From assembly GCA_963667665.2 (NCBI GenBank), contig OY763927.2, positions 1,792,001 to 1,856,000 on the forward strand: a DNA stretch of 64,000 nt, read 5' to 3'. The first letter of the stretch is position 1, and each line of letters begins with the position of its first letter. The notes beneath the pieces are model-generated. The model did not search any database. It had not been told where the DNA came from and saw only the letters and a list, made by a program, of their open reading frames with translations. Below, in pieces: positions 1 to 10,838 of this stretch. The DNA is from Nitrosopumilus sp. GTDB lineage: Archaea > Thermoproteota > Nitrososphaeria > Nitrososphaerales > Nitrosopumilaceae. Both the position numbers and the translations under genes were made by a program.

Positions 1-505
1 AAGAACCATAAATTCCATCTGTTAACATTGTTCCGTGTTCACCTTTCTTAATGTCATCTACCATTTCATAAAATCTTGCAGTTTCTTTTTTGTTAACAGG
101 ATTACCTTTTGCTTTATTGTATGCAACAGCAATATACATCCCATTATTTTTAACTGCAACAGGAAGTTTATGATTTTTACCTGTTGCCCCTGGAATTGTT
201 TCATTAACTAGAACTTCACATTTATGATACATGCTTGAAACATATGCATAGAATCTATACTGTGCATATTTTCCTGCGTCATCTACCGCACAACCAACAA
301 AAACCTTGTGTAATAGTTCCAAAGCACTATCATTCATACTTTGTAATCTATCATCAATTCTGCCCCTTTCGAGAAGTTCTGATTTACATTCTTTAGCAAT
401 CATTACTAGAATAAAATCAGGTAAATTGTAATTTTTGAGAGCAGCAACAAATGCACCTGCTTGTGACATTCCAAACTTAGGAAATCCCTTATTGACCATA
501 TTCAT
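1..505 (-). CDS. Hypothetical protein, runs off the window start
   Basis: Hand translation gives an open frame from ATG 505 (or 499, after GAGGT) MVNKGFPKFGMSQAGAF... to position 1. Not in the ORF track because the stop lies outside the window. Confidence 0.75.
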   Translation of the reverse strand, partial: MNMVNKGFPKFGMSQAGAFVAALKNYNLPDFILVMIAKECKSELLERGRIDDRLQSMNDSALELLHKVFVGCAVDDAGKYAQYRFYAYVSSMYHKCEVLVNETIPGATGKNHKLPVAVKNNGMYIAVAYNKAKGNPVNKKETARFYEMVDDIKKGEHGTMLTDGIYGS

Positions 506-652
506 ACCTCAATTTAGAAAAATTACAACTCCCCAATATTCAATTATAAATCTACATTTCGCTTATAATTGTTAAGAATTTTCATGTCTAATTGTATGGT
601 TTTTCATGTTTAAATTGTAAAAATTAAATTTAGGATAAATTCATGTAATCTT

Positions 653-2920
653 GTGGACATAGATACTACTCCAGAACTTGTTTCATGTGTTTATCTGAAA
701 TTAAAAGAAAACATAGAAAAATATAGAAACATAGTTGGAAAACCACTTACACTTACTGAAAAATTTTTATCTGGCCATCTTCATGAAATTAATAACAAAA
801 GTTTTGTTGGTGGAAAAGATTATGTTTTTCTAAATCCTGATAGAGTTGCATTACAGGATGTTACAGGACAAATGGTAATGCTTCAGTTTATGCAAGCTGA
901 ACTTAAACAAACATCTTTACCAACAACTGTACATTGTGATCATCTCATTAGAGCTGAAGTTCAAGGTGATGTTGACATGAAAGTTTCTCTTGATGAAAAT
1001 AGTGAAGTTTTCAAATTTTTACAATCTGCTTGTGCAAAATTTGGATGTGGTTTTTGGAAACCTGGTGCTGGAATTATTCACCAAGTGGTTTTTGAAAATT
1101 ATGCATTCCCTGGTGGTTTGATGATCGGCACAGATTCTCATACTCCAAACGCTGGTGGTCTTGGCATGATTGCTATTGGAGTAGGTGGATTAGATGCAGC
1201 CGAAACCATGGCAAATTTGCCTTGGGAATTACTCTATCCTAAACGAATTGGTGTGAAACTAACTGGGGAATTAAATGGATGGACAGCCCCTAAAGATATC
1301 ATACTCAAAGTTGCAGACGAATTAACAGTTTCTGGAGGTACTAATTCAATAATTGAATACTTTGGACCTGGAACAAAATCTATCAGTTCAACTGGTAAAG
1401 CTACAATTACTAATATGGGAGCTGAAATTGGTGCAACCTGTTCAATTTTCCCATATGACGAAAGAATGGAAACTTATCTGAAATATACTAACAGAGAAGA
1501 TATAGCTGAATTAGCAAATCAAAATAAAGAATTACTTGTTGCAGATCCTGAAGTTGAAGGAAATCCTGAAAACTTTTTTGATAAAGTAATTGAAATTAAT
1601 CTTTCAACATTAGAACCCCATATTGTTGGACCTCACACTCCTGATTTAGCAAGAACAATTTCTAATCTAGCTGATGATGTGAAATCCAATGATTATGTTG
1701 ATCAAATTTCTGTTGCATTAGTTGGTAGTTGTACTAATTCCTCTTATGAGGATATGTCAAGAGCAGCAAGCATAGCTGAACAGGCAAAAGCAAAAGGAAT
1801 CAAAGCTAAAATCCCATTACTAGTTACTCCAGGTTCTGAACAGATTCGAGGAACTATAGAAAGAGATGGACAAATGAATTCACTTAAAGAAATTGGTGCA
1901 ACTGTTTTAGCAAATGCATGTGGTCCTTGTATTGGACAATGGAACAGACCTGAATTAGATAAAGATCAAAAAAATACTATTGTTACAACATATAACAGAA
2001 ATTTTCCAGGAAGAAATGACGGTCGTAGAAGTACTTTAAACTTCATTGGCAGTCCTGAAATGATTATTGCCTTAGCTTTGGGAGGAAAACTTTCCTTTAA
2101 CCCACTAAAAGATGAACTAACTGCAGCTGATGGAACAAAATTCAAACTTGAACCACCAAAACTAGCACCTGAAGTTCCTAAAGACGGTTTTATGATACCT
2201 GAGGGAATTTTTGTTTCACCACCAAAAACTTCTGATGATATTGAAGTCATTATTGATCCTAACAGCAAAAGACTACAGCGTTTAGAACCTTTTCAAAAAT
2301 GGAATGGAAAAGATTTTGAAGAAATTCCAATAATGGTAAAGGCCAAGGGTAAATGTACTACAGATCATATCTCCCCTGCAGGTGCATGGTTATCACTTCG
2401 AGGACATTTGGATAACCTAAGCGATAATATGCTCATGGGTGCAGTTAATGCATTTAATGATGAAGTAGGCCAAGGTAAGAATATTCTAAATAATCAACTT
2501 GAACCATTTTCACAAATTGCAAGACAGTATAAAGAAAAACAAATGAGTTGGGTGATTATTGGTGATAATAATTATGGTGAAGGTAGCAGTAGAGAACACG
2601 CTGCCATGTCTCCTAGATATTTGGGATGTGTTGCAGTAATTACCAAAAGTTTAGCTAGAATACATGAAACTAATCTGAAAAAACAAGGAATTTTGGCACT
2701 GACCTTTAGCAACACTGATGATTATGAAAAAATTCTTGAAGATGATAAAATTAGTTTAGTTGATTTGAATGATTTAGAACCCGACAAACAAGTCAAATGT
2801 ATTATTTCACATAGTAATGGAAGCAAAGAAGAAATTTTGTTGAACCATTCATACAACAAATCCCAAATTGAATGGTTCAAAGCTGGTTCTGCACTAAATG
2901 TTTTGAAAAATAACAAATAG
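653..2920 (+). CDS. acnA: Aconitate hydratase (AcnA/mitochondrial type)
   Basis: 755 aa. Motifs DRVALQDVTG, HCDH, GTDSHT, Fe-S ligands GSCTN and ACGPCIG, TTDHISPAG, GEGSSREHA. Confidence 0.96.
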   Translation: MDIDTTPELVSCVYLKLKENIEKYRNIVGKPLTLTEKFLSGHLHEINNKSFVGGKDYVFLNPDRVALQDVTGQMVMLQFMQAELKQTSLPTTVHCDHLIRAEVQGDVDMKVSLDENSEVFKFLQSACAKFGCGFWKPGAGIIHQVVFENYAFPGGLMIGTDSHTPNAGGLGMIAIGVGGLDAAETMANLPWELLYPKRIGVKLTGELNGWTAPKDIILKVADELTVSGGTNSIIEYFGPGTKSISSTGKATITNMGAEIGATCSIFPYDERMETYLKYTNREDIAELANQNKELLVADPEVEGNPENFFDKVIEINLSTLEPHIVGPHTPDLARTISNLADDVKSNDYVDQISVALVGSCTNSSYEDMSRAASIAEQAKAKGIKAKIPLLVTPGSEQIRGTIERDGQMNSLKEIGATVLANACGPCIGQWNRPELDKDQKNTIVTTYNRNFPGRNDGRRSTLNFIGSPEMIIALALGGKLSFNPLKDELTAADGTKFKLEPPKLAPEVPKDGFMIPEGIFVSPPKTSDDIEVIIDPNSKRLQRLEPFQKWNGKDFEEIPIMVKAKGKCTTDHISPAGAWLSLRGHLDNLSDNMLMGAVNAFNDEVGQGKNILNNQLEPFSQIARQYKEKQMSWVIIGDNNYGEGSSREHAAMSPRYLGCVAVITKSLARIHETNLKKQGILALTFSNTDDYEKILEDDKISLVDLNDLEPDKQVKCIISHSNGSKEEILLNHSYNKSQIEWFKAGSALNVLKNNK

Positions 2921-2931
2921 AATTTCTAACG

Positions 2932-3084
2932 TGGGGCCGACCGGAATTGAACCGGCGACCTACGGGTCACTACAGCTCCAAACTTACATCATCCGTGAGT
3001 CAGTTTAGCTTAGTTTACCTCTGGAGCCCTTAGCGGTGATCTAATCGTAGACACTGTCGCCCTACCAGGCTAGGCTACGACCCC
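2932..3084 (-). tRNA. tRNA-Trp(CCA) with two introns (canonical 37/38 at 2968-3020; non-canonical in the anticodon stem at about 3030-3055)
   Basis: Removing the 53-nt and 26-nt inserts gives a 74-nt cloverleaf: GGGGTCG/CGGCCCC acceptor stem, ACGGG-CTCCAGA-CCCGT anticodon arm, TTCAATT T-loop. Confidence 0.9.
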
Positions 3085-3174
3085 ACGAACAAGAATGAAA
3101 TAGACTTGAATTTTAAGTTATTTTTAACCAATCTTTATTTGTGATTAACAAGAATTTGTAATTGTTAATCGATC

Positions 3175-3708
3175 ATGGTAAAGCCAATTCATTATGCATT
3201 AGGTGCGATTCCAGTAATTGTAGCACTCTTGATCTCAGTTCCATTACTTACAAAAAATGAAATTCCAATTTCTGCAGCTAATTCTTTTGATTATTTAGAA
3301 ATTGAATATACAAAACATCAATTAAAGAAAATTTCTAATGGTGTTACAGAAAGGATTGGTGCTCAAAAAACTGAAATTCTTTACATTAAAAATGATGGTA
3401 CTCTCAAATACTCTGTTACAGAACTAGGATATCTCCAACCTGATATTCGGTCCAAATTGGATGAAAAAAAACTAAACAAAATTAGAGCATTGATAAAAGA
3501 AACTGGTTTCATAGCAATTCCATCAGAATCATTTTCAATTCTAGAAAGTGTAACTGAATATCAAAAATCAAATGTTAAAGTTACTCTTAATGGACAAGTC
3601 AATCAAATTTATTGGCCTGAACAAAATGCTACGTCACAAGTCATTCCTCCAATAATTACTATGGTTGAATATGAACTAGATCAGATAATATCTAAAATTA
3701 GTGAATAA
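3175..3708 (+). CDS. Membrane-anchored hypothetical protein
   Basis: 177 aa, N-terminal hydrophobic helix, host-like AT-rich codons. Confidence 0.7.
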   Translation: MVKPIHYALGAIPVIVALLISVPLLTKNEIPISAANSFDYLEIEYTKHQLKKISNGVTERIGAQKTEILYIKNDGTLKYSVTELGYLQPDIRSKLDEKKLNKIRALIKETGFIAIPSESFSILESVTEYQKSNVKVTLNGQVNQIYWPEQNATSQVIPPIITMVEYELDQIISKISE

Positions 3709-3738
3709 GTACAAATAACCTCTAGTAAAAATTAGATC

Positions 3739-4707
3739 ATGCTCTCATTATCAGGTGACCGACATGACGCTAAGGGTATAGTTTCAGAAAAAATAAACTC
3801 TGTTGATATTTTACGTGGATCATCTACTCTCAAACGAGGTTTTGCTCATATGTTAAAGAATGGAGTTGTAATGGATGTTACAACAGTAGAGCAAGCTCAA
3901 ATTGCTGAAGAAGCTGGAGCAGTTTCTGTAATGGTTTTAGATAAACTTCCGTCTGATGTTAGAAAAGCAGGAGGTGTTGCAAGAACTGCAAGCATTAGAA
4001 TTATTGAAGATATTATGAACTCAGTTACAATTCCAGTTATGGCAAAATGTAGAATTGGTCACGTTAATGAAGCACTAGTTCTACAAGAAACTGATGTAGA
4101 CATGATTGATGAATCTGAAGTTTTAACTCCTGCTGATGAGACTCATCACATTTGGAAATGGGATTTCACAACACCTATTGTTAATGGTGCAAGATCTTTA
4201 GCAGAAGCTTTACGAAGAATTGAAGAAGGTGCAGCAATGATTAGAACAAAAGGTGAACCTGGAACTGGAAATGTTGCAGAAGCTATTACTCATATTAAAA
4301 AAGTAAATGATGAATTAAGAACAATCAAGTCAATTTATGATTCTGGTGATAATCAAGATTTAGTTAGAATTGCAAGAGAATTCAAAGTATCATATGATAT
4401 TGTTGAACAAACCGCAAAACTTGGAAGACTACCTGTTGTAAATTTTGCTGCTGGTGGAATTGCAACTCCTGCTGATGCAGCATATCTGATGTCTCTTGGT
4501 TGTGATGGAATCTTTGTTGGTTCTGGAATTTTTAATGCAGATGATGCACCAGAAAGGGCAAGAGCAATAGTTTTAGCTACTACTTTTTGGAATGAATCTG
4601 AAAAAGTCAAAGAGGCTCAAAAAATGATTGATGAAAGACAATCTATGTTAGGATTAGATGTGAAAACACTAGAATTACGGATGCAAGATCGTGGAGGTTC
4701 TTCATGA
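3739..4707 (+). CDS. pdxS: Pyridoxal 5'-phosphate synthase lyase subunit
   Basis: Motifs [47 protein letters not shown]. Confidence 0.97.
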   Translation: MLSLSGDRHDAKGIVSEKINSVDILRGSSTLKRGFAHMLKNGVVMDVTTVEQAQIAEEAGAVSVMVLDKLPSDVRKAGGVARTASIRIIEDIMNSVTIPVMAKCRIGHVNEALVLQETDVDMIDESEVLTPADETHHIWKWDFTTPIVNGARSLAEALRRIEEGAAMIRTKGEPGTGNVAEAITHIKKVNDELRTIKSIYDSGDNQDLVRIAREFKVSYDIVEQTAKLGRLPVVNFAAGGIATPADAAYLMSLGCDGIFVGSGIFNADDAPERARAIVLATTFWNESEKVKEAQKMIDERQSMLGLDVKTLELRMQDRGGSS

Positions 4708-5321
4708 GTCTTAATGTTGGAATCTTGTCTATACAAGGTGATGTTCAAGAAAATCTCATATCTACCAGAGCTGCTCTTGATGAATTGGGAATTGATGGAA
4801 AAGTAACTGATGTAAAAACCCCTGAAGAAATCTCTCAATTAGATGGATTGATAATCCCTGGTGGAGAAAGTACCACTATTGGCCAACTTTCCTTGGTAAA
4901 TGGTTCGATGAAGGTCTTGAAAGAAAAAATTGAAAGTGGAATGCCTGTGCTTGGAATTTGTGCTGGTATGATTATGCTCTCAAAAACAGCTGATGATCGT
5001 GTTGTTGGAAAAACTGATCAACCTCTTTTAGATATTCTTGATATCAAATTAGAAAGAAATTCCTTTGGACGACAAAAAGAATCCTTTGAAGCTGATATAT
5101 CTATGGATTCGATAAGTATTCCAAAATTTAATGGAGTCTTCATTAGAGCACCATCTGTTTCAGATGTTGGTTCTGATATAGAAGTTCTATCAAAATTTAA
5201 TGATCGAATAGTTGCAGTCAAAAAAGATAATGTAATTGGTACTGCATTTCATCCTGAACTCACTAAAGATATTTCATTACACAAGTTCTTTGTGAATCTT
5301 GTCAATTCTACAAAAACTTAA
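4704..5321 (+). CDS. pdxT: PLP synthase glutaminase subunit
   Basis: Motifs PGGESTT, GICAG, RNSFGRQ, FIRAP, FHPE. Overlaps pdxS (ATGA). Confidence 0.96.
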   Translation: MSLNVGILSIQGDVQENLISTRAALDELGIDGKVTDVKTPEEISQLDGLIIPGGESTTIGQLSLVNGSMKVLKEKIESGMPVLGICAGMIMLSKTADDRVVGKTDQPLLDILDIKLERNSFGRQKESFEADISMDSISIPKFNGVFIRAPSVSDVGSDIEVLSKFNDRIVAVKKDNVIGTAFHPELTKDISLHKFFVNLVNSTKT

Positions 5322-5379
5322 TCCATAATGATGAATACTGAGCAATTCTTTTTAACGATAATTTAGTCGAGCTTGTAAA

Positions 5380-6570
5380 ATGGACAAAAAATTTGTATTA
5401 TTTGGTATTTTGGCCTCAATTTTGATCGGTGGCTCTTTTGGAATATTTACCATTGAAGATTCATTTGCTCAAAATCTCTATGTAAGTAGAGATGATTCTG
5501 AAGCGTATAAAAAACAACAAGAAAAAGCTGAAGAGGAAAAGAGAAAAGCTGAAGAACGAAAACTAAAAGCTGAAGAAAAACGTAAAGAATTAGAAGAAAA
5601 ACAAGAAGAACGAAAACTAAAAGCTGAAGAAAGAAAATTACGAGCTGAAGAAAAAGCTGAAGAAAGAAAATTACGAGCTGAAGAAAAACTTAAAAAATTA
5701 GAAGAAAGAAAAGTAAAACTTGAATTAGATAGAAAGAGACTTGAAGAAAAATTATTAGAAAAAGCAAACAAGTATGAAGAAAAATTAAGAGAAATTAAAG
5801 AAAAATATGAAAAGAAAATTGAATTAAAATTTTCAGATGATATTGAAAAATTTTCTGCTGCTACAGCAAAATTAGAGGATAAACTTGCTGAAAAATCAAT
5901 AAAATTAGAGGATAAACTTGCTAAAAAATCAGAAAAAATTCGTGAAAAACTATTAGAAAGATCAGAAAAACTAGATTCTCGAACTCAAAAAATTCTTGAT
6001 AAAATTAACAAAGGTAATTACTTAGGTGAGAAAATTGGTTCTTCTGTAGTCTCTGAAACTTACGAACTTGTTTTTGATTCAGTTGATGCTACAGCAATTA
6101 GTGATAAAACCAAAACATCCTCTCTTAGTGGATTTATGAGTTTTACAACTTTTGACAAAGGCAAGTCTAATCTGAAATTAGAATTACAAGAATGCCAAAT
6201 TACAGTTGGTGACATGCCTTACAATTGTGGTTTTGGTAAAGCAAGAACTACATCTTCAGGTGATTCCGGACTAAAAGATTCTCTTGTTATAATTGCATTT
6301 TTAGAAGATGATCTTCTTGAAGAAGTGCATTCTACGCTTAAAATTTTCTTAAATGCTGATACATCTATTAGCGATATTGATGGTTCATCTCAAGTTACAA
6401 TACTAGGACCTCAAAGTAAAATTTCTCATATGTGGTTCTTAGATGGAACAGGAACTTTAACCAAAACAATTTCAGTTTTAGATGACTCAACAGATGACTC
6501 AACAGATGACTCAACAGGTAATGAAATATCCGTTGAGTTAGATGAATCTATAGATATTACCGGCAATTGA
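5380..6570 (+). CDS. Secreted K/E-rich coiled-coil protein
   Basis: Signal peptide ending SFA, long AEERKL-type charged repeats, 12-bp GATGACTCAACA x3 at 6481-6516. Confidence 0.75.
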   Translation: MDKKFVLFGILASILIGGSFGIFTIEDSFAQNLYVSRDDSEAYKKQQEKAEEEKRKAEERKLKAEEKRKELEEKQEERKLKAEERKLRAEEKAEERKLRAEEKLKKLEERKVKLELDRKRLEEKLLEKANKYEEKLREIKEKYEKKIELKFSDDIEKFSAATAKLEDKLAEKSIKLEDKLAKKSEKIREKLLERSEKLDSRTQKILDKINKGNYLGEKIGSSVVSETYELVFDSVDATAISDKTKTSSLSGFMSFTTFDKGKSNLKLELQECQITVGDMPYNCGFGKARTTSSGDSGLKDSLVIIAFLEDDLLEEVHSTLKIFLNADTSISDIDGSSQVTILGPQSKISHMWFLDGTGTLTKTISVLDDSTDDSTDDSTGNEISVELDESIDITGN

Positions 6571-7268
6571 GAATGATTCACAAAAATTCTCTTTATTTTC
6601 TTGGTTTAATCTTTTCAATACTTTTGATTCCCTTATCATCTCAATTTTCTTATGGAGACATAGGTTCCATTTCTGTTGATTCATTTAATGTTGATTATAA
6701 TATTGAGAATGGAAACATTGAATCAATATTCTTAGATCCAGATTTTGTTGAATTAATTATTACTATGGATACTAGTGCAGATGGAATCATAGAAATTACT
6801 ATTCCAAGAACTCTGCTTGATGCAAAATTTGATTCCTCTGATGATATCTTTTTCATTTTAGTTGATGGTTTTGAAACCGATTATGTAGAAATAGAATCTA
6901 CATCAAGTTCTAGAACACTTGTTATTCCCTTCTTTGGTGGTGATTCTATTATTGATATAATTGGAACCGATGCACTTAATCCATTTTTAATAGAAACTGA
7001 AATAGAAATCCCATTTTGGATTAAGAATAATGCAGGATGGTGGGCAGACGATGCAATTGATGATGAAACATTTGTTCAAGGAATTCAATATTTGATTAAT
7101 GAAGAAATAATGAATATTCCTCAAACTGAATCAGGAGAATCTACTGGAAATGATATTCCATCTTGGATTAAAAATAATGCTGGATGGTGGGCAGAAGATG
7201 CAATTGATGATGAAACATTTGTACAGGCAATTCAATATTTGATTACAAATGGCATAATGCAAGTGTAA
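6567..7268 (+). CDS. Secreted thaumarchaeal surface protein with two IP(S/F)WIKNNAGWW repeats
   Basis: Signal peptide, PEFG-type domain segment (IPRTLLDAK...FFILVDG), duplicated WIKNNAGWWA..AIDDETFV..IQYLI typical of Nitrosopumilaceae. Confidence 0.8.
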   Translation: MRMIHKNSLYFLGLIFSILLIPLSSQFSYGDIGSISVDSFNVDYNIENGNIESIFLDPDFVELIITMDTSADGIIEITIPRTLLDAKFDSSDDIFFILVDGFETDYVEIESTSSSRTLVIPFFGGDSIIDIIGTDALNPFLIETEIEIPFWIKNNAGWWADDAIDDETFVQGIQYLINEEIMNIPQTESGESTGNDIPSWIKNNAGWWAEDAIDDETFVQAIQYLITNGIMQV

Positions 7269-7274
7269 TTAGGC

Positions 7275-9593
7275 TCAATCTACTAAATTATGCATAGATT
7301 TCAAATCTTTTTTAAATTGTTCTAGATTTGCCGGAATTTCGATTTTGATTGAATCCTTCAATGAAAGATTTTGAGCTTTTTTGTCATTCCATACTTTGGA
7401 ATTAAATTCTGTAATTTCTTTTGTAATATCACTTTGAATTTCTAAATTTTCTGACTCAACTTGTCTCTGTTTATGAATACTTTCTTTAGAGTACAAAGAA
7501 TTCCAAAGATACTCGGTGATAAATGGAGTAATTGGTGCTAATAATTTTAAAATTGTTGATAATACTTTATGTAGTGTAAATATTGCACCATCTCTTTCTT
7601 CATCAGAAAAATTAATTCCATAAGCTCTTGCTTTAACCATTTCAATATAATGTGCTGCAAATAAATTCCATGTAAATTCTCTAATTGCTATTGCAGGAAT
7701 AAAGAAATTATATTCATCATAACCTTTCTTACATTCTTTTACCAGATTATCTAATTCTGATAAAATCCATTTGTCAGATGTGTTTGGAATTCCAGATTCA
7801 ACTACTGAGAAACTGGACAAAAATCTAGATACATTCCATAATTTACTTAGGAATTTTTTAGTTGATTCTATTTTTTGCTCATTGCATCTAAAGTCATATC
7901 CATGATTAATTTCACTTGCACTCCAGAACCTAAAGGTATCAGCACCTAATTTTTCAATTACTGGTAAAGGATCAATTGCATTTCCTTTGCTTTTACTCAT
8001 CTTCATTCCTTTTTCATCTAGTCCATATCCCATGATCCAAGCTTCTGTCCATGGTTTTTTTCCAGTAAGTTGTTCGCATCTTAGAAGTGTATAGTATAAC
8101 CAAGTTCTGACAATATCTTTTGCTTGAGGTCTAATAGATGCAGGATATACTTTGTTGAAAAATTCTTCATCTTTTCCAAATTTGCTTACAAAAAGAGGTG
8201 ATATACTAGAATCCATCCATGTATCAAAAGTTCGTTCTTCTCCTACAAATTCAGTAGATTGACATTTTGGACATTGACTAATTGGACAATCCTCTTTCCA
8301 TGGTCTATAGTATTTTCCAGGCTCAGGAACATAGGGTTCTGAGCATTTTTTACAATACCAAATTGGGATTTCAGTACCATAGTATCTTCTTCTTGAGATT
8401 GGCCAATCGATATTGATGGATTCAAGCCAATTCATCAAAATTTGTTTGTGCATTGCAGGATGAAACGTAATCTCTTCTCCAAGAGTTTTCATTTTTTCAA
8501 CTGATTCTTTTTGTTTTAGATAATATTCCTCCATTGGAATTATTTCAATGGGGATTTTACTTCTCTCAGATACAGGCGTTCTGTGGTTAATGTCTTCAAT
8601 TTTCTCTACAAATCCTTTTGATTCCAAGTCTTCTATGATTTTTGTTCTTGCTTGTTTTGGTTTTAGCCCTGCATATTCTCCTGCAACTTCTGTCATCCTT
8701 CCATCTAGCCCAATTGCAATAATCTCTTCTAATTGTAATTCTCTAAATAATGCCACATCATTTTGATCACCATAACTACATACCATTACTGCCCCCGAAC
8801 CAAATTCTTGTTTAGCAGAATGATGTGTTCTTAATTCAACTTCTGCATTAGTAATGGGAACGATTACTTTTTTTCCAATATATTGTGTATATCTATCATC
8901 TTTTGGATTTACAATAATTGTTTTGCATGCACAAACTAATTCTGGTCTTGTACTTGCAATAATTATTTCCTTATCTGTGTCTTTTATTTTGAATTTCATG
9001 TAAACTAATTTAGTTTGCAAATCTTCGTATATGATTTCTGCATCAGCAATAGTTGTTCCTGATACCCAATCGTAGTTGTTAGGTCTGTTTGCTAGATACA
9101 CTTGACCTTTTTTCCATAATTCAATAAATGTTGATTGTGTAAGTGTTCTATATTCTTCTGAATCCGTTCTATAGTAGTTTGTAAAGTCTCCACTTATTCC
9201 AATATTTTTCATAATGAGAATCATTTCAGCTTCCAAATCATCTAGTGCTTCTCTACATAGATTCAGAAATTCTCCTCTATCTGTTTCTCTCATTCTAATT
9301 TTGTACTTTTTCTCAGTGTACAATTCTACTGGAAGTCCATTTCTATCAATTCCTATAGGGAAATAGACATTTTTTCCAGCCATTCTTGCTGTTCTGGCAA
9401 TCATATCAATTTGAGAATAATGTGCTGCTGCTCCAATATGCCATGGTCTGCCTGATGGATATGGTGGAGGAGTATCTATGGTAAAGTTATCTTCTTGTGG
9501 TGTAAAATCATAAATTTTATCATCTTGCCATTTTTTTAGTATCTTTTTTTCTAATTCTGGGTTCCATGCTTTTTCTGATATTTTAGGTTCCAT
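7275..9593 (-). CDS. valS: Valine--tRNA ligase
   Basis: Motifs IDTPPPYPSG, HIGA (HIGH-like), GAVMVCSYGD, DWPISRRR, FDTWMDSS, KMSKSKGN. Confidence 0.93.
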   Translation of the reverse strand: MEPKISEKAWNPELEKKILKKWQDDKIYDFTPQEDNFTIDTPPPYPSGRPWHIGAAAHYSQIDMIARTARMAGKNVYFPIGIDRNGLPVELYTEKKYKIRMRETDRGEFLNLCREALDDLEAEMILIMKNIGISGDFTNYYRTDSEEYRTLTQSTFIELWKKGQVYLANRPNNYDWVSGTTIADAEIIYEDLQTKLVYMKFKIKDTDKEIIIASTRPELVCACKTIIVNPKDDRYTQYIGKKVIVPITNAEVELRTHHSAKQEFGSGAVMVCSYGDQNDVALFRELQLEEIIAIGLDGRMTEVAGEYAGLKPKQARTKIIEDLESKGFVEKIEDINHRTPVSERSKIPIEIIPMEEYYLKQKESVEKMKTLGEEITFHPAMHKQILMNWLESINIDWPISRRRYYGTEIPIWYCKKCSEPYVPEPGKYYRPWKEDCPISQCPKCQSTEFVGEERTFDTWMDSSISPLFVSKFGKDEEFFNKVYPASIRPQAKDIVRTWLYYTLLRCEQLTGKKPWTEAWIMGYGLDEKGMKMSKSKGNAIDPLPVIEKLGADTFRFWSASEINHGYDFRCNEQKIESTKKFLSKLWNVSRFLSSFSVVESGIPNTSDKWILSELDNLVKECKKGYDEYNFFIPAIAIREFTWNLFAAHYIEMVKARAYGINFSDEERDGAIFTLHKVLSTILKLLAPITPFITEYLWNSLYSKESIHKQRQVESENLEIQSDITKEITEFNSKVWNDKKAQNLSLKDSIKIEIPANLEQFKKDLKSMHNLVD

Positions 9594-9600
9594 TTCTTAA

Positions 9601-10416
9601 CTATCTTGAAATCTTTGAAATAATATGAGATCCTTTATTGTAACCTTCGTAGATGTAAACTCCTAATGCTTCTACATTTGATGGCATTTTAGGTGCTAAT
9701 AATTTGATTATTTCACTTGAAAGATTTTCTACAGTTGCTTCGCCTTCTAAAAGATAAGTAGTATCTTTTGGAACTTGTAATTCAAACATTCCTTTAGGAC
9801 CATCAAATTGAATTAGATAATGAGAATCATCTTCACTTTTTAGATATTTTCTGTTAATGAAAAATTTATGATCAAATATGTTAACCACTTCTTTGATAAT
9901 TTTTTTTGCTACACCAAAATCTAAAAGTAAATTATCTTTCATTTGTCCTACAAGCTCTACCATTACCGAAGATGTATGTCCATGTAAGATAGAGCATTTT
10001 TCAACCAATGGAAGTATATGTGCGTAATCAAATGAAAACGATCCATCTTCTAAAAATATAGAACCTGTCTGTGGTGACTTGTCATAAAATACTAAATCTT
10101 GTAATTCTTTAATTTGTGCAACATACTTTGCATGTCCTATTGCCATCACTTTGTCTTGAGGAAAATCTTCTTTGATCTGTTTGTATTTTTCAATGTCTTC
10201 ATCATTATCAATTACTTCAATTAGTCCTTTCTTTGTTTTAAAATCAATTGTAACCTCGTTTCCGTTCTTTAAGGTGAGTTTGTGATTGTATTGGTATTCT
10301 TCATCAAGAAAGGTGAGCATTTGTGCCACTGTTAGTTCAGTTCTTGTTCTAAGCAAATTTCCATTTTTATCGATATATCTAAAGTCTGAGTCTAGAATTG
10401 TAGGACTTGAAGCCAT
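9601..10416 (-). CDS. queD: 6-carboxytetrahydropterin synthase (QueD/PTPS family) with an extra N-terminal domain
   Basis: C-terminal motifs FDYAH, CSILHGH, LLDFG, FDHK, TVENL. Confidence 0.78.
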   Translation of the reverse strand: MASSPTILDSDFRYIDKNGNLLRTRTELTVAQMLTFLDEEYQYNHKLTLKNGNEVTIDFKTKKGLIEVIDNDEDIEKYKQIKEDFPQDKVMAIGHAKYVAQIKELQDLVFYDKSPQTGSIFLEDGSFSFDYAHILPLVEKCSILHGHTSSVMVELVGQMKDNLLLDFGVAKKIIKEVVNIFDHKFFINRKYLKSEDDSHYLIQFDGPKGMFELQVPKDTTYLLEGEATVENLSSEIIKLLAPKMPSNVEALGVYIYEGYNKGSHIISKISR

Positions 10417-10486
10417 GTGAAGTCATCTGACTTTGGATATAATATAAATTCTGTAATGATTATACCTGAAAATTCATTTTTTTGAA

Positions 10487-10765
10487 TTATGCTAAAGAAT
10501 TTAGAATTTTAGCCAGATTGACATCATTTTTTGTGATACCTCCAGCATCATGAGTTGTTAATTCTATGGTGATTTTGTTGTATACATTAAACCATTCTGG
10601 GTGATGATTCATTTTTTCGATTTCCATGGCTGCTCTGGTCATAAAACCAAACGCCTGGTTAAAACTATCAAACTGAAATTCTTTGTGTAATTTCTCATTT
10701 ACAACACTCCAGCCTGACAGATTTTTTAGTTCTTCATCAATGTCTGTTTGTGATAATCTCATCAT
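10487..10765 (-). CDS. Pterin-4a-carbinolamine dehydratase
   Basis: Motifs [11 protein letters not shown] and [10 protein letters not shown]. Confidence 0.93.
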   Translation of the reverse strand: MMRLSQTDIDEELKNLSGWSVVNEKLHKEFQFDSFNQAFGFMTRAAMEIEKMNHHPEWFNVYNKITIELTTHDAGGITKNDVNLAKILNSLA

Positions 10766-10838
10766 AGTGTTTTACATTGAATGCTAAATTAAAAGATTGA
10801 TTCATTACCCTTCTATGGAATCTGTGCTGTGAGAGATA

